Made by a program: the position numbers and the translations under genes. A stretch of 64,000 bases of DNA. Origin: Octopus sinensis (lineage: Eukaryota). The first letter of the stretch is position 1; every line of letters begins with the position of its first letter. This document shows positions 1 through 13,089 of this stretch, piece by piece. The notes under the pieces were generated by a model that saw only the letters and a program-made list of their open reading frames with translations, did not search any database and was not told where the DNA came from. The stretch is taken from positions 67,642,001-67,706,000 of the forward strand of contig NC_043003.1 in the NCBI RefSeq assembly GCF_006345805.1, written 5' to 3'.

Positions 1-2890
1 ATTTTTAACACCATATTTGTATCCATCCTGTTAAAAAGCTCCCCTGGGGAGTTTTCCCAAAATCTGTTTTATATTATTATTCGTTTTTAGCATCACTACT
101 ACATCTACAGCAACATGCACATGGACACATGTTTATATATTAATAACTTGCTTGGAAACATGTAATGTTTGGCCACAAGAAGAGCATCTGTCTGTAGTAT
201 TACTGCCTCAGCAAATTCCGTGAAAGCATATAACATTGTACATCGAAGCAAGAGTGATTGTATGCTTGTAGTTGTGTCTGTCCGTGTCTAATATATGTAT
301 GTGTTTGCATATGCGTGTGAGTTTGTGAATGTGTGTGTGTTAGTGTGTGTGTGTACGTGTGTGGGTTTTGTGTGTTTGTGTCTTAACTTTGCAGGAGGGA
401 CATTGAATAAGAATTGTGCATTATGCCAACGTAGGTTATAATGTCCATTTTCGCACAGTTTCGTCTAGAATAAGGAAATTAAAATATATAGTGATATTTG
501 ACAGCAGCTTAACATATTACACTGCAGTAATTATTTGAAACGTAATCTCTTACGTTGACGGGCAAAGAGAATTCTAAAAAGTACATCAAATTCACATTTC
601 CTCCTTTTGTGTATCTTATTATTAATAACTAAATGTTAATTAAGATATTCCGTCCTCGGTGTTATCGTTAAAGTGATTTTCTGTTAGCGATAGATGGTTA
701 AAAGTTCAATGTTTTTTTAATGAATCACTTATATATCAGCAATTTCTCGCAACCATACTGTGCAGTTAGGCATGATCATGCGGGCGTTGTTCGGAAAATG
801 ATTGATTAGAAAGTCTTTTTCGCTGAGATTTCCGAATATACAGCCGCTTCTCTAGAGTAGGCTAGAATCTCTTCATCTCGTACATAGTCTTTAGAATTCA
901 AGCTGTATATGCACAGGTCAACTTCAGCATAGTATTGGTTAATATATTTTGAAATATTTGCACATTAGATACTTCAGTATTATCAATGATTTCCGGCAAC
1001 ACTCTGCAAGTTATCCAAACAATTTTCCAATATAAAGTTATCATATTTTCCTATCGATGATGTTTGTTGATCTCTAAATGGAATGCTCAGGCGTTATCTA
1101 CACATATATATTCCACTGTAATCGCAGCCGCACCATTCATGTTTTGTATAGAAATTCCATGCACATAACAGATGTCCAATCTATGCAATGCGATATCTGC
1201 AAGCCTATAGCTTATGGAATCAGTAGCTTCTGTTACTTATGGAAGCAAGTGAATGTGTTGCCCGAAGTTCTACGGAATGTTTAAATGAAAAAGCTGTTCT
1301 AAACAGGAAATACAATTTTTCGAAATTGCATTCATTGAGTATACAGAATGCGACGTAGGATGCACAGGCAAGAAAGTGACAGACAGTTGTGATTACTGAG
1401 ACAGACAAAGAATTTTGTATATACAGATTGGGAAACCATAAGTTCCATCATATCCTGTGATTTTATATAAACGATTATCAGTCGCCATATAAGTATATGT
1501 ATGTGTAGATGTGTGTCTGTGTGTGTGTCTGTGTGTGTGTGTGTGTGTTGAATAACGTAGATAATGCGGAGACACACACACATACTCATACATTCACACA
1601 CACTGAGATTCATATAGAAAATGCGACGTTGTCGTCGAGTGGGGAAACACAGACACACTGACCGCGGAAACACAGACACGCAGACAGACACATGCTCATT
1701 TATACACTCACGCGCATACACACTGACAGACACAGACAGAATCATATACAGAAGATATATCGTTGAAACAATAGGTAAATGAATATAGGTGACTCATTAT
1801 CTATTTCAAGTGTTAATGGCCTAGAAAAGGTTAAGAGTGAAGTGCAAAACACATAGATATGCGACCTTCGTTGATAGAACCATAGGCCCTATGTCTAGGG
1901 AGAATTTCTAGACTCGATTTTGAATCTCAGGCTGGAGCAAGCGATGTCTGTACAGAACTAATCAGTAAATTAAATTTCGGACGCATATGATTTAGAAAAA
2001 TCATTGACAAATAAATTACTAAGCAATGAGTACCATCGTGCATTTGATGTAGGGAAAGTGTGTACATTAACGCATGCCAGACTTCACATATCTATGTGTA
2101 GATGAGTAGATGTGTGTGTGTATGTGAGTTGAATAACGTAAGTAAGGCGAAGAGAGACACAAAGTCGCATATACAGAATGTGACGTAGCATGCATTGGGA
2201 ACAGACAGGTGGATATGTTTGATTACAGACAGACACACAAACAGAAAAAGCACATTTATTAAATGCCTTGCAACGTTGCTACTGGTACAATATGAAACAA
2301 TATAAAAGTGAAAGACCATTAAAAGTGAAAGTATTATATGTTTACAATATAGATGTTAATGTTTCACTTTTGAAACGGAATACCGAACCAGTGTAAGAGA
2401 TTGTTCCGAGTCCGCATTAGGCAAGACGTTGAACACGTTTTTGGCCCACGACAGTCCATGGACTCTAAGTAATTCAAGAGTAAATTTTGAATGAAATCGA
2501 TTGGGTAGTTCTCGATGTGCTGTACACATAGACACGCCCACAGACGTAGAGACAGGCATTCTCAGTTTTATGTATATATATATATGATGGTGGTTGTCTA
2601 CTCCTCATGCAGAGGATGTCCACTTTTTGTACTTACAGTTTAGATCCATCATGGAGTCTGAAGTGGCTTTTTAAACCTGACATTGTATTGAAAGGACACT
2701 CATATAGATTGCATACCTGACTTGGATCACCAAGAGCTTCAAATAAGTACTGATTTTGTAGATCTTAAAATGTCTTTTGAAACTGCCGTTACATATATAT
2801 ATGTACATCTGTGTTTGTATATATATATATTTATATATATATACATATATGTATGTATACTTATGTGTCTATATGAATGTATGTATGTAC

Positions 2891-2958
<68 letters not shown>

Positions 2959-3079
2959 TATATCTATATGTGTTTGTGTGTATCTGTGTATGTGTGTTTG
3001 TTTGTTTGTATCCGTGTCCATATGTATGGATTATAATAACTGTTTGGGCGACAAAGATGGTGCAATAAATAAGTGCAAC

Positions 3080-3300
3080 TGAATTCGCGTCATTTACATC
3101 TAATTCTACGAAGTAATCATTAACTTCGGTTTTACTGTGAAGTCTGTAAAATAAAGCAGCAAAGAAATTGCTTGGATCAATCCAATGGCGAATAAGTTTT
3201 GAGAAGGCAGTAGATACCTCCAACGTAGTCGCACTTCAAAGGACTAGAATCAATAAAAGAATACAAGAACAATACTTTATAGTTTATAACCTGTATAGTT
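3080..3300 (-). mobile_element. degenerate hAT-like transposase remnant
   Basis: Minus translation SATTLEVSTAFSKLIRHWIDPSNFFAALFYRL resembles the hAT ATTxDxWT...TAHWIDP...AAL segment; stops nearby. Confidence 0.3.
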
Positions 3301-3759
3301 CCTTTGCACACATCAACCCATCTACAAACCGGGAGAATATATCTGACCCATTACATGAAAAGCATACCAAAACTGTCAGTTAATTTTTCACCAGTCCGAA
3401 TGCAAAATGGCGTTTTAGAATGTACTTAAGTTATGGGGATTGCATAGCCTCAGTAAGGTACGAGTCGAATCTAATACAAAATAACATTAAAGAGAACGTG
3501 GGCGAATAAAAGGTAATGCTTTACCGTCACAAGACCATTAAGTAGCTACAATTCCCAACAATAACATTTCATGAAGATTAGCTTCCATCGCATTCCCCGA
3601 ATTTACGAGAATATGAAATTATATCTGGAATAAAGAAATAATAAGTTCGCTCATGGAACCTGAAAGCAATAAATATAAAATGAGTTCTAAGCCAAATAAG
3701 ACGTTTTTATACCATTAAATATATACATATAAATATACATAGATACAAACATATATATG

Positions 3760-3800
<41 letters not shown>

Positions 3801-4142
3801 CATAAACATATGCATATGTATATTTATTTATTTATTTATATGTATATGAATTACTAGTTTTATGTGTGTATGTATGTATGTATGTATATATATGTATGTA
3901 CGAAAGTACGTATGGAAAAGAGATTGAGTCATTTCTAGTCATATCCCAAGGAAGTGGTTTAATGAGACGATGCGTCAAGCGATAGAAGTATTAATAATTT
4001 AAAGGGACAGGTTTTGAACATAGAGACATGAAAAATATAGAAAATATTGCCAAATGTAGGTAAATAATTCGTACGGCACATACTCAGGGATGCATGCACA
4101 AACGCACACGCACGTACACATATACCCACGTATACATGTACA

Positions 4143-4193
<51 letters not shown>

Positions 4194-4865
4194 GTTTATA
4201 AAAATATGCGTGAGTAGTAGTGCGTTTGAATTTATATGTGGATATTACAAACGCACGATTACACATATGTGCACACACTCATATACACACACTCACACAA
4301 ATATATATAAGTGTGAGTGCGTATTCAAAAGAGGAGTGTGTATGTATATAAAGACTTGTGTATGTAAGTATCTAACTATGTATATCTTTGTGTGTGTGCG
4401 CACAGATATGTATGTAATATGCATATGTATATTACGTGTGCTATTGGAACTTCTAAATCAATATATATACATAATGTAGATAAATTCTCGGCTTTTTAAT
4501 GTCTAGTTTCTGTATTTGCTATTGGCTCACATAAGCTTATAATTGGCGACAACTTGTAAACTTTTCTACCAAAATTTGAACAACAAGAATTCGGAGCATT
4601 TTAGTGGCCGAGTTTGCAGAAATTATATCAATTTTATGTGTGCCATGATGAAGTAGCTGCTATCCGAGACTGATTACGGAGACAACTATGTACCAATAAT
4701 CTAATGTCAAAACCATTAGTCGATTAGGTGCAGCCGGTCATTCAATCTGCGACGAGTAAAACACACGTGTACGCGGGCAGAAATGTAGAATAAAAATAGA
4801 GAGGGTGACAGAGAGACTGATTGGCAGAGACATTATAATTCATTCGTTAAAGAAGACTGAAATGA

Positions 4866-6123
4866 GTCCGGCCATATAAAGAAAAACTGTCCCCGGGAAC
4901 CAAATAAGGTCCCGGAGCAGTTGAGTGAGACTCCTGTAGAAGAGGGAATGAAGGCGGTCGAGGAAGAGGAGGACTCCTCAAACAAGGGCTAAAAGATCAA
5001 GGTGAGCAACAATGTGTGCTCACCGAAGGATCCTAGGGATGCGAAGGGGAGGGCGAATCTTCCGGCACGGAGGAGACGCACCCTCCCTCAGTTGAAAAGA
5101 GTAAAAAAGAGGAAGAGGAATAGAAACGGGACATTGCCGGAAGTCTGTGACATAGTACTGGAATGTCTCGGAACTACGTCGGTTGGGGTTGTGCCACCGG
5201 CAGGAGTAGAAACACCGTTGGCGGGAACTGTGCCGCCAATGAAAGAATTGGATATCCCTCCCCCGGAGAAAGACGAAATATTGATCTTCTTCTATAGACG
5301 CGGAGAGATTGAAAAGGTGATGGAAAAGCACCATAAGGGAGCACCTTTAGCCTTCACACAGAACCCCGAATGGCCTCCGTAGGTAGCTGTGGAGGCCATA
5401 ACGTTTGATGTGACGTTTGGGCTGAAGGGGCTCAATGAGGAATATCGCTTGTACCCGGGCAACGCTGACACGGAACTCGATACGATTTTGAAAGAGGCGT
5501 GGAAGATGGTAGAGGATGCGGGCACAAGTTATTTTGAGTGTGAGTTATAAATTGTGGCACTGTGTGACGCAAACATTTGATAATAGTCACTTCGCATTCT
5601 TTCTGAACTCCCGGCTGTCAATGTGGTCTTCTCTGCAGGCGACTGGGTATTTGATTGGAGTCCGGAAAGAGGAGGAAGGGAAAAGTGATAATGTATTTTT
5701 TATGTTTGGTTGACATGTTGATTTTTATGTAAGTGTAAGGTCTCCATGGCTAATTTGATAAAATAAAGAAGCTTGCTTCCCGGAGGGAGGAGCCCACGCC
5801 CTGGACAAGGGACGAGGAGTGGCCTTCGCAGGTGACTACGAAGATCATATCGGATGTCGCTATGGTCAGAGTAATGAACACCTTCTCAAAGGACAAGTTT
5901 AGATACGCCTTGAAAAGTTGTAAAAGTTGTAAGATGTTTAATACCTCGTTTTGTGTTTTGTTTTAACGAACAATGTTTTAGAGAAGCAGAAGTCGGCGGG
6001 CGCTTTTTGTCTTCTCCCATCCTTATCATCTTTCTTTCATTATCATTAATTTCATTAATGTCCTTGTCCAGCCCGCAAAGCTACTTTACTCTATGTACTG
6101 CCTTTATGGCAAATGTAATAAAA
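4866..6123 (+). mobile_element. L1/Tx1-like non-LTR retrocopy (ORF1 remnant, no RT) flanked by 18-bp direct repeats
   Basis: Starts in a zinc-knuckle half-motif (SGHIKKNCP) followed by a basic/acidic ORF1-like region (ORF 5002-5382). Ends in an AATAAA-rich tail. taaagaagactgaaatga at 4848-4865 and 6124-6141. Confidence 0.55.
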
Positions 6124-6685
6124 TAAAGAAGACTGAAATGAACAGTTCTCTCTCTTCATACGCCTTAAGAGAAATATGCTCACTCACAAAACTTGACAGA
6201 GAGAGAAGGGAAGACAGAGAATAAGAGAGAGCGAGAGAGAGAGAAAAAAAACAAGGAATGGAATGAGAGAATGAGAGATATATTAAGACAGAAGAAATAT
6301 TAAATCAGCTGATATGAAATAAGTCAACATCAAATCAATGTTGACACATGGGCGGCGCCGAGACGGCTATGCCAAACGAATTATACAGAAATACCTTTGG
6401 TAGTTTATGCTTCACTTTCAACGGGAATTATTCGATCTTCCAGTAATTTTCCGAAACTGCAACTTATGCTCACAGGAATGGCTTTGAGCTTAATTTTAAG
6501 GCAGCATCATTTAAATACTGCCAATATTCATAACGTTTATGATAGCTTGTGCCAAGTCAATTATTTTACTTACATGCATCCTTTACTGTCCGTCCAATAT
6601 GATTCCCATGATGGTCTTTTAATATTTCATTTTGGATTACGTTTGCAAGATTCTTTATGTGAGTTCGTGTGTTGAAGCATATTCA

Positions 6686-6805
6686 GTTGTGTCTGGGGAG
6701 AGTCATTCTCTTTTCGAGTCTTGTAATTTAACTCACACACCGGTAAAATTTCCATTTATTTCCTTTTTATTATTCTAAACTTTTCGTTGCCCCTGACAAC
6801 CTTTT
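6686..6805 (+). repeat. diverged single-arm copy of the 12683-12992 palindromic repeat
   Basis: gttgtgtctggggagagtcattctctttt...accggtaaaatttcca...ttttcgttgc matches the left arm at 12686 onward. Confidence 0.75.
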
Positions 6806-6879
6806 CAATAGTTTTGGCTCTTTTAATATTGGTTTCATATTTTGGTGGAAGACCAGCAGTTTTGATGTTGGGATGAATT

Positions 6880-7035
6880 CAATTACACCGATCCCAGTGT
6901 TCAACCGGTACTAATTTTGTTGATCCCGAAACGATGAGAGGTAAAGTCGGTCTCGGCGGAACTTGCATTCAGAACGCAAAGAATATATCGCTAAGCATTT
7001 TGCTTGGATTGTAACGAGTCTGCCACCTTGCCCCC
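6880..7035 (-). mobile_element. tRNA-derived SINE family B, diverged
   Basis: Reverse complement resembles the family B head (ggcagaatcgttagc...ttctgagttcaaattccgccgaggtcgacttt) seen at 39805-40037. Confidence 0.7.
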
Positions 7036-7594
7036 AACTTATAGTATAAACATCTTTATAGCCAAAGACAGTCACCTCGTACTGATAGAGTTGAACTGAC
7101 ATCCAGAAGTATTTCTCATACCTAGAATTATTTTGCATTGTTACAATATAACCATGTAACCATATTTATGTCAGGGCAAAAAAAATCTGAACAAAAAGAA
7201 TTATAATTCTCTGTAGCTCTTGCTAAATGGAACGTCTCGCTAGCTTCTATTCATTGTGATGCGCCTAGTTTTGGAATGAGAGATAAGAGGATTTTGTTCT
7301 ATCTCAGATATAAGAGGACCAATAGAATTAGAAAATAGAAGCAGAAAACCGTGATGCATTCTAGTAATCTAGAATGGATGAATTACAGATAGGATAGAAA
7401 TATGCAAATATAATTATAGGAGGATAAGTATTTCGTAACAATTTGTTGCATGTGATTTCAATTTAACAAATATTTTTTTCATATCCCGCATCCACACTGC
7501 ACAGGAATTTCTAGGACATACGTTATGCACATATATTGATGCACAAACGCATGCGCAGACATGCATACGCGCGCACGGACTCATGTATATATAA

Positions 7595-7746
7595 GGCTGT
7601 GTGGTAAGTATCTTGCTTAACAACCACATCATTCCAGGTTCAATCCGACTGCGTGGCACCTTGGGCAAGTGTCTTCTACTAAAGCCTCGGGAAGACCAAA
7701 GCCTTGTGTGTAGATTTGGAAGACGGAAACTGAAAGAAGCCCGTCA

Positions 7747-7782
<36 letters not shown>

Positions 7783-7988
7783 CGCGTGTGCATATGTTTG
7801 TGTGTCTATGTTTGTTCCCCCAACATCGCTGGTGTGTTTACATCCCCGTAACTTAGCGGTTCGGCCAAAGTGTCCGATAGAATAAGTATTACGCTTACAA
7901 AGAATACGTCCTGGGTCGATTTGCTCGACTAAAAGCGGTTTTCCAGCATGGTCAGAGTCCAATGACTGAGACAAGTAAAAGAGTAAAA
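7595..7988 (+). mobile_element. tRNA-derived SINE family A
   Basis: ggctgtgtggtaag...ggttcaatccgactgcgtggcaccttgggcaagtgtcttctac..., internal TA tract, tail gtaaaagagtaaaa; homologous to 20112 and 41346. Confidence 0.9.
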
Positions 7989-8007
7989 TAGTATATATAT
8001 ATTTATA

Positions 8008-8081
<74 letters not shown>

Positions 8082-8123
8082 TACATATATACATACATAT
8101 ATATAATATATATACATGTATAT

Positions 8124-8172
<49 letters not shown>

Positions 8173-8215
8173 ATGTATGTATATTTGTATATTTGTATGT
8201 ATATATATATATATA

Positions 8216-8460
8216 TAGTTAATCCAAACAAGAAAACACAGAAAAAAACACTGAAAAAAACACACCAACGCGAGGACGTGGAGCAATTAAAGTATTATTT
8301 GACGCTCAGGAAAGAAGGGAAGGAGGGTTTAACGTTTCGAGCGGAGCTCTTTTAGGAAACAAAGGAGAAGGAAAGATCCTGAGAAGGGAAGACAGAGGAA
8401 AAAAAATATATTTGCTGGTGGTGCTCAAGAGATCACATGTTGAAAGAACAGAAGTTGAAA
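8216..8460 (-). mobile_element. Penelope-type terminal repeat fragment with degenerate minimal hammerhead
   Basis: Inverse copy of 11575-11797; minus strand gtttc-ctaaaa-gagc-tcc-gctc-gaaac-gtt-aaac at about 8327-8360. Confidence 0.55.
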
Positions 8461-8575
8461 GGATGACCCAATCAATCAATAAATCAATCAATAAATCAAT
8501 ATATATATATATATATTATATATATATATATATTGATTGATTTATTGATTGATTTATTGATTGATTGGGTCATCC
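8461..8575. repeat. near-perfect hairpin (ggatgacccaatcaatcaataaatc...TA...gatttattgattgattgggtcatcc)
   Basis: Arms are directly reverse-complementary, differing by about one caat unit. Confidence 0.9.
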
Positions 8576-9660
8576 TATAAATAAAGTAGATTTTTTTTAT
8601 CGCATCAACTAAAAATCATAGGGGGACGGGATAAACGACCTGCATCAACTTGCTATAAAACTTGGTAGCATCATTACATTTGACTCCTTCTCAGTGCAAG
8701 TTTTAAAGAGTGCAGTTCTTTATGAAAGGAGCACATTCGACATATCTTCCTTTATGTGTTCAATGATGGAAAGTGAGAGGAATATTAATGCAGTATATAG
8801 GGATCGGACAATAAGCATAAGCCAGTGTCAACGGTGGTTGCAGAAATTCGAATCGGAAACTACAGCCTAGTAGATGAGACACGTAGTGGAAGATCTGTAG
8901 TACTCGAAGAGGACGTCCTGCAAAACCTGTTGGAACAAAATATCATCGTAACTGTTGAGGAACTAGGACAGACAGAAGCTTGGATTTGGTCATTCAACCA
9001 TTCATCGACTCCTGTATGCCATCGCAAAAGTCAGCAAACTGGATCAATGGGTTCCTCACAACCTATCAATTCTCATCGCGTGAAGTGAGTGAACGTGTGC
9101 TCTTCTCTGCTGTCACGTCTCATGAATGAGCCTTAATTGAACTGAATAGTGACTGGTGACGAGAAATAGGTTCTATATAAAAATGTCAAGCGCCGAAGAC
9201 AGTGGGAAGAGAAAGGAGAAACGCCCACGTAGCGTGTTCTTATCTGTTTGGTGGGATATGAAAGATTTAGTCCACTTTGAACTTTTAAACCCAAACCAAA
9301 TGATAACAAAGGAGATCTACTGCGAGTATCTTGAGCAGGTTACGTTAGCACTAGAAGAAAAACGACCATGTTGGCTTCAAGAAAAAATGTGTTCTTCCAT
9401 CAGGAGAATGCTCGGCAACATTCAGCGAGGAAACGATGCCCCACCCACCTAATTCGCCGAACATTGCCCTATTTGGCTATCACTTATTCTGCGGTATTGA
9501 AAATCATTTGAACGGAAAAAATATGCGGTCAGAACAGTACTGAAGGTGTATTTTTCATCATGGTCAAATGAAGTTTGGAGGAGGAGTCTTGCACGTCTAC
9601 CAGGCGTGCAAATTGTAGAAAATGAAGGAGAGTATATTTTAGCTTAAAAATAAAATAATA
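8563..9660 (+). mobile_element. degenerate mariner (Mos1-like) element
   Basis: Frameshifted motifs QCQRWLQKFESGNYSLVDETRSGRS, QWVPHNL, VTDEK-like, LSVWWDMKDLVHFELL, HQENARQH, PPNSPNIA (YSPDLAP-like). Confidence 0.9.
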
Positions 9661-10257
9661 CAAACCAGGAAAAGGCAGTAGAGACAGTCGCTAATATTTC
9701 TACTATCTTCACCAGTTTTGTATTATCTTAATAATATTAGATTGAATTCAGTTAATTTAAATACCATAGTCCTGGCTTAACTAATTGTTTGGCTTCCTCA
9801 CTACTTTAACCGATGCATCCATACTCATAAGTAAGCTACAAACTGCCAGTTCTTTTCCAAACAAGACATTCACATAAATAGACATCTCAAGCCGCTCCTC
9901 ATATTTTCTGTATACATACATAAATATATATATATATGTGTGTAGAGAGAGAGAGAGTGAGAGAATTTCCCCCAAAAAATATATATATACGTCACTCCGT
10001 CTGTAATTTAGAAATAGGAAAATGACTTAAGGGAGACAAACATATATATTAGAAAATCCAATATATTTTTATAGAACTTCATTCACATATTCTTTCATAC
10101 ACAGTGCAGAAAACTAATAAATACTGCCGTCTTCATTTTATTATATGAGAGATACTAAACTTCCATATTTGGACTGAAGGAAGTGCGTATTTAGTTCAAT
10201 TGTAGCCTGTTATATTCCTTAATCCTTTAGTTCTCAAAGAGTGTACACAACCAATTT

Positions 10258-10378
<121 letters not shown>

Positions 10379-10859
10379 TTTCTGTGAGTTCATTTATATT
10401 TATCATGCCAGTGTACAATAAAATTTGAGGAACGTTTGCTGCGAGAGCCTTTGTTAGGAAAAGAGTTTGACTACGTATGTATGCACAATTCAAGTGTATT
10501 TCTGTCGTAATAGTGTCATTGCATTGCCAAATGCGTGTATTAGAGTAATTACGCTTCCAGAGTGATAAACCTCAATTTATAGTGATTGCCCAGCTGGTCC
10601 TTCCGTTCCGATATATACACTCAAAAATACAATTTTTCTTTCCTGTGGTGAGGTTTTGAGCAAGCTGTAATTAATTTCTGTTAAACACACATAACAGTCA
10701 TGATCAAAATAACACTGTTATATGCAACAAATATATTACAAGAGTCAGTCAAACATTGTACGCAGTCTTTTTCCTGTAATTTATTAAAACAAAATAAAGG
10801 GTTGAACATTTACAATATTTTTTCCGACACAATCTCCTTACTTTTCGATGCACTTCTTC

Positions 10860-11215
10860 TAGTGGTTCACAAGCTTACTTATTCCATTGGAGAATGAAGC
10901 TTTCCGATGGTCGCGAAGTTTTTATGCATCACCTTCTGGGTTTCTTTATCCATAGCAACTCCACAACATCCTAAATGATGTTTGAGCTGCCCAAAGATGT
11001 GACAGTCGGGGGGGGGGGCGATATTTGGATTGTATGCAGTGTGGATCAGTAGGTAGAAACCCAATATTTAAATGGTTTCAATGGTCTGAGCGGCTATATG
11101 TGCGTCATCATTGTTGTGCAATAATAACAGTTGTTTTGACAATAGACCACGACGTTTGGTACGAATCCTGGTTTCCGTTTATCGGCCAGAATTTTACTGA
11201 AGACTACACTGGTAA
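10860..11215 (-). mobile_element. mariner transposase 3' fragment
   Basis: RTKRRGLLSK..LLLHNNDDAH..AQT and HTAYNPNIAPPPDCHIFGQLKHHL match the HDNARPH / HPPYSPDLAPSDYHLF motifs. Confidence 0.8.
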
Positions 11216-11266
11216 CTGTAGACCAATTTATTAAGTATTCCCTTTAAATATATTTATTTATATTAA

Positions 11267-11418
11267 GGGTATCACTATACATAAATTACCTCATGCTAAG
11301 AGGGACTCTTAAAGTCAAAACTACCGTAATAAACACATTCGTTACAATATGTTTATTATGGTACATTTGACTTGAACAGTCCCTCCTAGTGTGAGGTAAT
11401 TTATGAATAGTAATGCCC
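11267..11418. mobile_element. 152-bp palindromic MITE, TTAA-flanked, GGG...CCC termini (Kolobok-like)
   Basis: About 72-bp arms are reverse-complementary; TTAA at 11263-11266 and 11419-11422. Confidence 0.7.
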
Positions 11419-11574
11419 TTAATATATATAAATATATATGTATATTATAATACCTGGTGTAAATTAGAAGGGTAAGTCAAAATATTATCTGCATCTACTT
11501 GAGAATCTTTTTTTACGTTTGTCGCACTGTCTCTAACGCTTGCCTGCTGAAGTGAAACTCTTGTGGTTATGGAG

Positions 11575-11797
11575 TCTAGGTTTAACCTCGGTCGGTCCAA
11601 TTTTCCTTCTTGCATTTTTGGCGATTTCTTTTCCTCTGTCTTCCCTTCTCTGGATCTTTCCTTCTCCTATGTTTCCGACGATGAGCTCCACTCGAAACGT
11701 TAAATGCTCCTTCTTTCCTTCTTTGCTGAGCGTCCTGTATATATTTGTCCCACGCCCTCGCGTTGTTGTGTTTTTTGTGCGTTCATGTTTGGATTAA
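11575..11797 (+). mobile_element. Penelope-type terminal repeat fragment with degenerate minimal hammerhead
   Basis: gtttc-cgacga-t-gagc-tcc-actc-gaaac-gtt-aaat at 11671-11705; homologous to 8216-8460. Confidence 0.55.
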
Positions 11798-11809
11798 CTT
11801 TATATATAA

Positions 11810-11879
<70 letters not shown>

Positions 11880-12631
11880 AATATATATATATATGTGTGT
11901 ATGCATACATATATAAATGTGTGTGTATGTATGTATGTATATGCATCGTGTGTTAGTAGTGTAAGGTTCCTGTTTATAGTTTCTGTACATTCATATACTA
12001 CACTTCACAATGTTTGCGTACCTTGTTCGAACACACGGAAGCATGCTCGTAGCATGCTTATAACAAATACATTTATCAGACGCAATTTGAATGCTACCAT
12101 TGCAACTTATAGCGGATAAGCACTACATAAATGTTCCAACATACTTTTGTACTTCATATATTCTGTAAATCGGAAACGCTTTGAAACTTTTCACAAGCGA
12201 ATATTTGCTCATTTCTAATATACAATGATGTCTTTTGTTTGTAACAACAAAAAAAAACAACAACAAAAAACTACTCTAGCAGACACTTAATGTCACTTTA
12301 GCAAACCACTGGTAAGAACTGTTATAGACGATACTTTATTCTTCTTTCATGTCTCGCTGCTACATCATTTGTTTGGTGATGATACATTTCTCATATATAA
12401 TTCATAACGTTTATTAAGATTGTTAAGAGAACTTGTTCGCATATTCTACTTTTCTTGCCACTTTACCTTCATGTTTTTCATTTCTTGACATTTTTCGTCT
12501 ATGCACGGCGTGGGCTCAAAGAAAACGTATTTCAGCTAAAAAGCTTATAATTCTACAGAGTTAAAAATGTTCGTTTCATCCATATACATTATATCTGTCG
12601 CCATATGCCCGAGATCGATTCCAAGCAGTTA

Positions 12632-12682
<51 letters not shown>

Positions 12683-12683
<1 letters not shown>

Positions 12684-12992
12684 CTGTTGTGTCTGGGGAG
12701 AGTCATTCTCTTTTAGTGCCTTATTATTTAACACACTCACCGGTAAAATTTCCACTTATTTCTTATTTGTATTTTCAAAAAAATTTTCGTTGCGTCTTGC
12801 AACCTTTATTGACATTTGAAAGACTATTGGATAGTCTTGACCATTTCAAGACTCTTTCAAGCCTATTGAAAAGGTTGCAAAACGCAACGAAAATTTTAGA
12901 AAATAAAAATAAGAAATAAGTGGAAATTTTACCGGTGAGTGTGTTAAATAATAAGACACTTAAAGAGAATGACTGTCCCCAGACACAACAGA
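12683..12992. repeat. 310-bp palindrome (about 125-bp arms) next to (AAT)n
   Basis: tctgttgtgtctggggagagtcattctc... versus ...gagaatgactgtccccagacacaacaga. Confidence 0.9.
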
Positions 12993-13089
12993 ATATGCTT
13001 CAACAGACGAACTCATATAAAGAAACTTGCAAACCAAATCCAAAAACGAAAAATAATAATAATAATAATAATAACAACAACAACAACAA

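Noticed and set aside
800-1330. Possible decayed DNA-transposase sequence
   Set aside because: No motif could be matched with confidence in any frame.
1340-2280. Recurring words (ttgaataacgta; atacagaatg.gacgtag) among CA/GT tracts
   Set aside because: Short, low-complexity and diverged; no definable unit or function.
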